DNA from: an uncultured Spirochaetota bacterium
GTDB lineage: Bacteria > Spirochaetota > Brevinematia > Brevinematales > JAOACQ01
Direction of reading: 5' to 3'
NCBI GenBank assembly: GCA_963783575.1
Contig: CAWAOD010000005.1
Span: 192,001-256,000, forward strand
DNA length: 64,000 nt
The stretch's first letter is position 1. The number at the start of each line of letters is the position of its first letter. The notes beneath the pieces were generated by a model, which was not told the DNA's origin, made no database searches, and saw only the letters and a program-made list of their open reading frames with translations. Below, piece after piece: positions 11,866 through 20,600 of this stretch. A program made the position numbers and the translations under genes.

Positions 11866-11945
11866 GATCTCATCTGTTTTATCACGTTTTTACCCGCCTA
11901 GGTATTACATGAAAAAAATCTATATGGAACAAAATTACGTCAGGA

Positions 11946-11980
11946 GACATTTAAACGTCCAAATCAGACGGTTTTTCGTC
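11946..11980 (+). promoter_or_regulatory. Putative upstream activator sequence, type A
   Basis: GACATTTAAACGTC and GACGGTTTTTCGTC. Confidence 0.65.
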
Positions 11981-12113
11981 TTCTTTATCATCAAAAAAGC
12001 GAATGATCCTATACAAAAACATTTACTTTGGGAATCTTTTAATTTCTCATCTTCATATAATATAAGGAATTATCCTCACCCGGCATATTCAAATCACAAT
12101 TCCGGACTCCATC

Positions 12114-12130
12114 CTGGCATACGATTTGCT
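12114..12130 (+). promoter_or_regulatory. sigma54 promoter P3
   Basis: CTGGCATACGATTTGCT. Confidence 0.85.
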
Positions 12131-12147
12131 TATAAGCATATTGGTGA

Positions 12148-12317
12148 TGTCAAAAGTTTTACCTGCCTGGCCTGCCTATAACGGGATCTCCGGCAGGAAG
12201 GTGGCAGACAGGTGGGGGGTAGGGGGATTTATTCCTTGAAAGGGGGAGTGAGGTAATTATGAAGTAATTTTATTTATTATAAATAGTTATAAGTTTTAAC
12301 TAATAAAACTTTTGACA
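12148..12317. mobile_element. 170-bp MITE-like element
   Basis: Perfect 14-bp terminal inverted repeat TGTCAAAAGTTTTA / TAAAACTTTTGACA; non-coding G-rich interior. Confidence 0.5.
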
Positions 12318-12344
12318 CTGCAGAATATCAACAAGGGGGATAAA

Positions 12345-12699
12345 ATGAAAGAAAAAAAATGGATCGCTGTAAAAATAGAAAAGAGCTTTTTTATTGTACA
12401 TATAGTCACAAAAAGCGGGGTGCACAAAATCCAGAAAATATTCCTTGAAAAAAGACGGGATCGGTGAATTTATAAATGAACTGGATTTTGATACGGTTAT
12501 TAATATAGAAAAAAGCGATAACGCACAGAAACTTATAGAAAATATCAAAGGGCTGATAAAAGACTGTTTCGTGTTGAATAAAGTGGAATTGCTTGAATTC
12601 AACGGTTATTTTGATGAAAATAATATGGACTCGATATACGATATTGAAAGTATAACAGCTGATAATATTAAAGGGGAGAATCAGGAAAGTTTACGTTAA
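12345..12699 (+). CDS. Small protein, paralog of 30693-31046, with a +1 frameshift in an A-run near 12435
   Basis: RBS AAGGGGGA and ATG 12345; MKEKKWIAVKIEKSFFIVHIVTKSGVHKIQ, then shifts into ORF 12445-12699. Confidence 0.75.
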
Positions 12700-12719
12700 A
12701 TAAACATAAGGAGGAATAT

Positions 12720-14924
12720 ATGTTTAAGAAATTAACCCTTTGCGGGTTACTTGGAGCCCTGGTACTTGGCTTCATGATGTCCGGATGTTCTCTAAAGCCG
12801 GGTAGTGATACTGCCGCGAAAAAGCCGGCTGATAATTTAGGGAATGGGGCACTGGTTGAAAAGTCTATAGGCGGTTATGTATACGGCCAGCCTTATATCT
12901 CAACAGCGGCGCGTGATTATGATTTTACGGCCGATTATAACAAGTGGAAATCCACATATGTGACAAGTTCCGGCGCCAATGGAAATCTAAGGGTACAGAG
13001 AGACCTTTCTTCAGCTTATGATACCGTTTCCGAAGGCATAGGCTACGGAATGCTGCTTGCCGTTTATTTTGGCGACCAGGCGACATTTGACAAATTATAT
13101 AATTATTGTCAGGCGCATTTCATATCATCATCCATTCCGCTTATGCACTGGAAAGTGGACAGCAGCGGCAACAATGTAAGTGAATTCGCCGATTATAAAA
13201 TTGATCCTACAGGCATAGTTGTAACACTCTCTTATGGCATACCAGGATATCTGTACTCCGCAACCGCAAATGTTCCTCATGGTATTGTTTATGGTAATTT
13301 GAAAGACGGATCAATCTGGATATTACCGGAACCATCAACTACTTATGTTACAGCTGCGCAAAATTATCTTGATAACAGTTCGGATTATTACCCGATGGAC
13401 AAATTTACCAGAGGTTTAAGCAGCGCGGCCGATGCCGATCAGGACATTGCGGCCGCCTTATGTTTTGCGTGCAAAGTATGGCCTAATAATTCATTATTTT
13501 ATGGTAATCAAGCAAAAGCTATGATTACTGCCATTAAACAAAATGATTTCGGAAATCCGGCCGGAGGTAAAAACAATACTTATGGTAAATATGGCTTTAT
13601 AATGAACGGCAGTGGATGGGGAGGAAATACGGGATGGAATCCGAGTTATTTTGCCCCGGCGTATTATATTAATGTATTTGCCATGATGTGTCCCGATCAG
13701 TATGATTTTTGGACCAATGCATATAACACAATGTACGCTGAAATGAAAAAAATTTCTGATTATGTTTATTCTACCGGGAAATCGGCCGTTTTTTATCCTG
13801 ACTGGTGTAATACATCGTCCGGAAAACCTGTCCAGGCGACAACAATGAGCGACAGATATTATTACAATAATGGAACCGCCGGAACCGGTCCGTCTATGAT
13901 ATATCCCCAGAGCGCGATGTGGACAACGGGAACAAAAAAGGGAGATTATACTAAATCATGTATGAGTTTTAACCAGTACTATGATGGTATAAGAGTGCCG
14001 TGGAGAATAGCTTTAGATGTCGCCTGGGATATGACGGGCGCTTCTCAAACTGGTAATACCTGGGCACAAGGTTGCTTACTCAGTTCATATAAGGCGTATA
14101 AACCCATATTATCAACAATTGTGGATGGTTATCAAATTACCGGAGATCCATGGAATTGGGATTATAGGGACGGGTTCAATAATTCAGTGGGCGGAAAAGC
14201 GCATTCAACGACGTTTATAGCCATGGGCGCATGCGCTTTAATAGGAGTGCCTGGTGTCGATATGTCAAGCCATTGGAATGAGGTTGTGAATGCGAATGAT
14301 TATGGCAACGCCGACTATAATTATTATGGAAACACATTAAGACTGCTTTCCATGCTGTTTTTGTCCGGCAAGTTCGAGAATCTTTACAATTCCCCGCCTC
14401 CTTCGGGAACTATAGTGAGAATCAGAAATTACTGGAAGGGAACCTATATGAATATCGAACATACAATACCCCATATTGTAGAATGCAGCAGTATCAGTTC
14501 AGATTGGACCAGTGCAAAATGGATCATTCAAAGAACCAGCGACGGTTATTATACATTTGCAATGTGTTGGTCACCGCCGGCACCGAATAATTATAAAATT
14601 TATCTTCATGAGGAAGATAATAATGCGGTAACTGCCGAATGGGATAAACCAACCACCGGTAATAATATTGGTGTTGTTCCTAACACGGGCTGGTGGAGTT
14701 CGCAATGGATACTGGAACAGACGGATGCAGCGGGTTATTATAGATTTAAGAACCGCTGGACAGGCACTTATCTTTACATTGAACATCAATATCCTACTGG
14801 TAAAACGGGTAATAATGGTGATAATTCAGTAGAAGTAGAAAATGGGAATGCTTGTTCTTCCCAACCGCTCTATGGCAATTCTTGCTGGTTTAGCTCCAGA
14901 TGGGGATTTGAAATAGTCCAGTAA
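12720..14924 (+). CDS. GH8 glycoside hydrolase (CelA-like) lipoprotein with C-terminal beta-trefoil module
   Basis: MSGC lipobox; TVSEGIGYGML, SAADADQDIA and YDGIRVPWR GH8 motifs; WWSSQWILE and RFKNRW trefoil-like repeats. Confidence 0.9.
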   Translation: MFKKLTLCGLLGALVLGFMMSGCSLKPGSDTAAKKPADNLGNGALVEKSIGGYVYGQPYISTAARDYDFTADYNKWKSTYVTSSGANGNLRVQRDLSSAYDTVSEGIGYGMLLAVYFGDQATFDKLYNYCQAHFISSSIPLMHWKVDSSGNNVSEFADYKIDPTGIVVTLSYGIPGYLYSATANVPHGIVYGNLKDGSIWILPEPSTTYVTAAQNYLDNSSDYYPMDKFTRGLSSAADADQDIAAALCFACKVWPNNSLFYGNQAKAMITAIKQNDFGNPAGGKNNTYGKYGFIMNGSGWGGNTGWNPSYFAPAYYINVFAMMCPDQYDFWTNAYNTMYAEMKKISDYVYSTGKSAVFYPDWCNTSSGKPVQATTMSDRYYYNNGTAGTGPSMIYPQSAMWTTGTKKGDYTKSCMSFNQYYDGIRVPWRIALDVAWDMTGASQTGNTWAQGCLLSSYKAYKPILSTIVDGYQITGDPWNWDYRDGFNNSVGGKAHSTTFIAMGACALIGVPGVDMSSHWNEVVNANDYGNADYNYYGNTLRLLSMLFLSGKFENLYNSPPPSGTIVRIRNYWKGTYMNIEHTIPHIVECSSISSDWTSAKWIIQRTSDGYYTFAMCWSPPAPNNYKIYLHEEDNNAVTAEWDKPTTGNNIGVVPNTGWWSSQWILEQTDAAGYYRFKNRWTGTYLYIEHQYPTGKTGNNGDNSVEVENGNACSSQPLYGNSCWFSSRWGFEIVQ

Positions 14925-14943
14925 TCAAATTTCAAACCAGTTT

Positions 14944-14979
14944 AACCCTGATGATGTTTTATTCATCAGGGTTTTTTTT
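14944..14979 (+). terminator. Intrinsic terminator
   Basis: AACCCTGATGA...TCATCAGGGTT followed by a T-run. Confidence 0.8.
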
Positions 14980-15112
14980 GGGGTGGCGTTTTATACAGGT
15001 TTTTTTTGTATTTTTATTGTAATTTTTCCTGCCTACGATTATAATTCTTCCTATCAGTTATCAATTTGCCTGTTCTAAATATTAATTAATTGGAAGCCAT
15101 CAAGGAGGATTT

Positions 15113-15889
15113 CTGGATATTGAAATCTTGAAGAAGATCCCTTCTTCTGCCTCCCATTCAAACCCGGTTTTGTTCGTACATGGAATGTGGCATGCAGCCT
15201 GGTGCTGGGAAGAGCACTTCCTGGATTATTTTGCCCGGCATGGTTATGAAGCTTATGCTCTCAGCATGAGAGGACATGGGGCAAGCGGCTGCGATAAAAT
15301 CATTCGCCGTATTACCCTTGCCGATTATGTATCCGACATTGATCAAGTTGTGAAACAACTAAAAAAACCTCCGTTTCTGGTAGGTCATTCAATGGGAGGA
15401 ATGATAATCCAGAAATACCTGGAAACACATCAAGTACCGGCGGCAGTTATGCTTGCATCTATTCCGCCAAATGGCCTCATCCCGGCCACGTTGAGGACCT
15501 TTCTTAAACATCCTTTGAAAATTATGCAAATTAATCTGAAATTAAGCACTTTCCCGATTATTAGTACGCCCCGGTTGACACGGGAAGCGTTTTTTTCCAG
15601 CATTATGCCTGAAGAAATGGTTATAAATTATTTTTCCCGGATGCAGGATGAATCATACCATGCATATTGGGATATGATGGTTTTTAACTTACCCCGTGTG
15701 AGGCTGGTTAAAACACCGATGCTGGTATTAGGCGCCGAAAATGACAGTCTGATTACCAAACGAGAAGTTGAAAATACCGCTAAAACATATGGCGTAAAAG
15801 CCGAGTTTTTTCCATCGGCTCACGACATGATGCTTGAGCCCGCCTGGGAAAGTGTTGCTGAACTGATATTAAATTTCTTCGAATCCTGA
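15113..15889 (+). CDS. Alpha/beta hydrolase, copy 1 (CTG where the paralog has ATG)
   Basis: HG oxyanion motif, GHSMGG nucleophile, Asp/His; near-identical to 16840-17616; RBS AAGGAGGA before CTG 15113. Confidence 0.85.
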   Translation: MDIEILKKIPSSASHSNPVLFVHGMWHAAWCWEEHFLDYFARHGYEAYALSMRGHGASGCDKIIRRITLADYVSDIDQVVKQLKKPPFLVGHSMGGMIIQKYLETHQVPAAVMLASIPPNGLIPATLRTFLKHPLKIMQINLKLSTFPIISTPRLTREAFFSSIMPEEMVINYFSRMQDESYHAYWDMMVFNLPRVRLVKTPMLVLGAENDSLITKREVENTAKTYGVKAEFFPSAHDMMLEPAWESVAELILNFFES

Positions 15890-15987
15890 CATCGGAATAC
15901 TTAAAATCCTAAAGTCCGATTTACCAAGAATGGTAGCAAGGATAAGATTACCTCATTATTGAAAGAGAGAGACAAAAAGAAGCCGTT

Positions 15988-16049
15988 TTAAGCGGACTAC
16001 CCTGAATGATAAGATAAAATTTCTTAATATAAAATGAACAAATCCATAT
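15988..16049 (+). repeat. Remnant of the 3' end of regulator copy A
   Basis: TTAAGCGGACTACCCTGAATGATAAGATAAAA... matches ~7195-7256. Confidence 0.75.
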
Positions 16050-16071
16050 CACTCCCAAAACCAGAAACATT

Positions 16072-16374
16072 GTGCAGGATATTCTCAAAGACTATTTTCC
16101 TGCCTTCGAGGCAGCTTATGATACATATTATTCCGCTCATTACGGAAAATTCAACATGGAGCGGATTTCCGAATCAGTAGAAAAATTTATCGATTGCGGC
16201 GACTACAGCAAAGGCATTGCGCGAATCCAGTGCACAAACAAGGACTGTGATCACGAATACTTCCTGCCATTTTGGTTTCGACAGGCTCACCACAAGTACT
16301 GCAAGCAATGGTATCTCTGTCCATCTTGTCACCAGAAGCGACTTACCGGGAAAGGTTTGTTGACAGGAAAATAA
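16072..16374 (+). pseudogene. Truncated IS91-family transposase, zinc-binding domain only
   Basis: FIDCGD..G.ARIQC....C.HE...PF..CK...CPSC motif; stops before the Y2 catalytic domain; 24-nt in-frame insert. Confidence 0.8.
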
Positions 16375-16839
16375 AGTCGATTTTTTGCAGTTTTATTTTC
16401 CCCAATGTACAATATCTCGCTGTAGGAATTATAAATTCTTCTATCAGTCATTTTTTATTTTTTGCGCTATTCTACAAATAAAATGCAGAAATTTACTATA
16501 CTGATTAAGTCATTTAAACCTAAAATCTATACACATTCTTTTATAAAAGAGTTAATAACAGAGAAGAAGAACTATATTAAGTAACATAAGATTATAAATA
16601 AATATTATTATAATACTCAATCTATAAAATTCTACCACGGATTTAATGGCCGGAGGGTCAAAAGTTTAATAATATAAATATTATTAAATATTTTCAGTTT
16701 TCTTTGTCCCAATGTACAATATTTCGTGTTAGAAATTATAATTCTTCCTATCAGTTATCAATTTGCCTCTTCTAAAATATCAATTTAATAGAAATTAATA
16801 ATTATTGGATATAAAAATTAATGCTTTCAAGGAGGATTT

Positions 16840-17616
16840 ATGGATATTGAAATCTTGAAGAAGATCCCTTCTTCTGCCTCCCATTCAAACCCGGTTTTGT
16901 TCGTACATGGAATGTGGCATGCAGCCTGGTGCTGGGAAGAGCACTTCCTGGATTATTTTGCCCGGCATGGTTATGAAGCTTATGCTCTCAGCATGAGAGG
17001 ACATGGGGCAAGCGGCTGCGATAAAATCATTCGCCGTATTACCCTTGCCGATTATGTATCCGATATTGATCAAGTTGTGAAACAACTAAAAAAGCCTCCG
17101 TTTCTGGTAGGTCATTCAATGGGAGGAATGATAATTCAGAAATACCTGGAAACACATCAAGTACCGGCGGCAGTTATGCTTGCATCTATTCCGCCAAATG
17201 GCCTCATCCCGGCCACGTTGAGGACCTTTCTTAAACATCCTTTGAAAATTATGCAAATTAATCTGAAATTAAGCACTTTCCCGATTATTAGTACGCCCCG
17301 GTTGACACGGGAAGCGTTTTTTTCCAGCATTATGCCTGAAGAAATGGTTATAAATTATTTTTCCCGGATGCAGGATGAATCATACCATGCATATTGGGAT
17401 ATGATGGTTTTTAACTTACCCCGTGTGAGGCTGGTTAAAACACCGATGCTGGTATTAGGCGCCGAAAATGACAGTCTGATTACCAAACGAGAAGTTGAAA
17501 AAACCGCTAAAACATATGGCGTAAAAGCCGAGTTTTTTCCATCTTCTCACGACATGATGCTTGAGCCCGCCTGGGAAAGTGTTGCTGAACGGATATTAAA
17601 TTTCTTCGAATCCTGA
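16840..17616 (+). CDS. Alpha/beta hydrolase, copy 2
   Basis: GHSMGG; RBS AGGAGGA and ATG. Confidence 0.9.
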   Translation: MDIEILKKIPSSASHSNPVLFVHGMWHAAWCWEEHFLDYFARHGYEAYALSMRGHGASGCDKIIRRITLADYVSDIDQVVKQLKKPPFLVGHSMGGMIIQKYLETHQVPAAVMLASIPPNGLIPATLRTFLKHPLKIMQINLKLSTFPIISTPRLTREAFFSSIMPEEMVINYFSRMQDESYHAYWDMMVFNLPRVRLVKTPMLVLGAENDSLITKREVEKTAKTYGVKAEFFPSSHDMMLEPAWESVAERILNFFES

Positions 17617-17690
17617 CATCGGAATACTTAAAATCCTAAAGTCCGATTTACCAAGAATGGTAGCAATATATAGATCAAAGGAAAAATAAA

Positions 17691-20600
17691 ATGATAAATA
17701 ATCGTTATGAGATTGTCAGGCAGATCGATGAAGGGGGGATATCGAAGGTATACCTGGCGAGGGATATTGAGACGAAGGGCGAGGTAGTGGTCAGGACACT
17801 GAAGAAGGAAATAATATCAAGCCGGATAGAAGATATCATCCGTTTCCGGAATGAAGCTGCGATATTATCCCGGCTGGACCATCCGAATATTGTCAAGTTA
17901 TATGAAACCGCTGAATTTGAAGGACAGAATTATATAGTAATGGAGTATATTCCCGGGGAAAGTTTGTATAAAATCATTAAAAGCGGGAAAAAGTTTCTGG
18001 AGAGAGAAATAATAGAAATGACGATCCAGATATGCAGTTCTCTGGATTATATACACCCGATGAGCATAATTCATAGGGATTTGAAGCCTGGCAATATTAT
18101 GGTGCATACCGATATGAAAGGTGAGCTTCATATTAAAACTATTGATTTTGGCCTGGCATTTTTAAAGGAATACTCCTCAATAAAAGGCATAGAAGATATA
18201 GCCGGGACCTTCTGTTACATGCCGCCGGAACAGTTCGGGGTCATCAGTGGAGGCGTGGACGAGAGGAGCGACCTATACTCGCTGGGGATTATCTTATACC
18301 AGCTGTTAACGGGGGTCCTGCCTTTTGAGGGAGAAACCCCGGGCTCCATTATCCACAGGCAGATCGCGATGATTCCGGAGACCCCCTCTCATTATAATAA
18401 ATCCATATCGGAAACTCTTGATAAAATCGTATTGAAGCTCCTGGAGAAGGAGCCGGACAGGCGTTACCAATCGGCGAAAGGCCTGCTCTTCGACCTGGAA
18501 AAGTACAAAAAAGGGGAGCGGAATTTCCATCCGGGAATGCATGACAAGCATATAAAATTGACATTTAAAACGGGGCTGATATCGCGGGAGGAAGAATTCA
18601 GCGCCATAAAGGAATTATACGATAAAGCCCGGAAAGGTGAGGGGAGTGTCTGTTTTATCAGCGGGGAAGCGGGGAAAGGTAAGACCAGGCTGGCTGAAGA
18701 GTTGAGGAGCCATGTCTATACTGAAGGCGGCGTTTTTATAGATGGGAAATGCTTTGCCGGGAAGAGCAAGACGCCATACGGTCCATTTAAGGACGCCCTC
18801 AACATTTATTTAAAGATATACCAGGGTTATCAGGAAGAAAAAAAGCAGGATATCAAGAATAAGTTAAACGAGATGACGGGTGATCTCTGCGGCCTGATCC
18901 TGCAGCTTAACCCGTCATTTTCAGTGATTTTTAATAAAAGACCGGAATTGGTAAGGCTTGAGATTGACAGGGAAAAGAAGAGATTTTTAATGGTTGTGGG
19001 GCAATTTTTCCTGAATCTCAGCAGTGTTGACAATAAGATGGTCATATTCCTTGATGATTTACAGTGGGCGGATGAAGGCAGCATGGACCTGTTAACCGAA
19101 ATATCGGGGGAATTGAGTAAATATCCGCTATTCATCATCGGGACATACCGCAATGATGAAATAAGTTCGGACCATAAGCTTATCTCATATAAAGAAAAAG
19201 CCGCAATAAATCAATATCCCTATCATGAAATATACCTTGAAGAGTTTAGCAGGGTGGTTGTCAAGAAATTAGTTATCTCATTACTTTACGCGAAGGTGGA
19301 GAATATAGAAGAGATATCTGATGTGATCCATAAGAAGAGTAAGGGGAACCCGTTCTTTGCGATAGAGATCCTCAAACAGTTCGTGAGTGAGAATATCTTA
19401 TACTATAAAGAGAATTCCTGGGTAATTGACGCTGGCAAACTGAGGGGAGTGGAGATAGCGTCGACGATAGTTGATATAGTGATGAAGAGAATATCACTGT
19501 TAAGTGATGAGGAAACGAAGGTCCTTTCCTATGCTGCGGTGATAGGAAGAAGGTTTGACGCCGGGATATTGTTCCGCCTGCTGGACTATGAAGCGCCGGA
19601 GATCATCCGGATAGTGGACCGGGCGATCAAGCTGCAGCTCCTGGAGGAAGACATACAGGAAAAAGGGAAGATATTATTTGCGCATGACCGGATCAAAGAG
19701 GCTTTTTATAAAAAGTGCGGGGAGGGAGAGAGAAAACTGCTGCACAGGCGGATAGGCAAAACGATAGAGGAGATGAACAGGGGTGATAAAGAGAAAGTGA
19801 TCTTTGATCTGGCATATCATTATATAGAGGGTGAAGAAGAAGAAAAGATTCTGGAATACGCTTACCCCGCCGGGATCAAAGCGAAAGAAAATTACGCGTA
19901 TGAAGAAGCGATAAGGTGTTTCTCATTCATAAACAGAATAACGGAAGGAAAAGGAGAGGAAGGTAAGGAACTATGGATAAATACGAACAGGAATATCATT
20001 GAAATCTACCTGGTAATCGGAAAAAATGATGAGGCAATAGAAATCAGCGGTAAAATATTACCATTCATCGAGGATAAGTTAAACAAAGCGAATATATGTA
20101 AGCAAATCAGCGCAGCTTATTTTAAAAAAGGAGACTGGAAGAACTGCGAAGAATACGGGAGAAAAGGTTTATCATTGCTGGGAGAAAAGCTGCCAGTTGA
20201 AAATATCGCAATAATATTTAGAATCATAAATGAGCTCTTAAAGCATATTTTACATCAATTATTTCCAAAATTATTTATAAAAAATAAAGGGGATCGTGAT
20301 ATTGAAAAATATAAATTAATCGTGTGGTTTTATATAACATTAAACTGGATGTATATATTAAACGACAACGTCAAAATGATAGGAAATCAATTGAGGATGT
20401 TAAATATTTCCGAAAGCAGGATCGGTAAATCACGAGAGCTTGGAATGAGTATGGGAGCATATGCCGGAGTATGTATGGCAATCCCGCTATTTAACCGTTC
20501 AATCGAGTTTCATGAAAAAGCCCTTCAGTTGAGAAAAGAGATGAACGATCAATGGGGTATTGCGCAGTCCTTACAATTGCTCGGATATTGTTATCACTGG

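Noticed and set aside
7435..12181. Short ORFs 7435-7638, 9080-9492 and 11852-12181 that resemble each other
   Set aside because: They are translations of the duplicated promoter DNA; frames are not preserved across all copies
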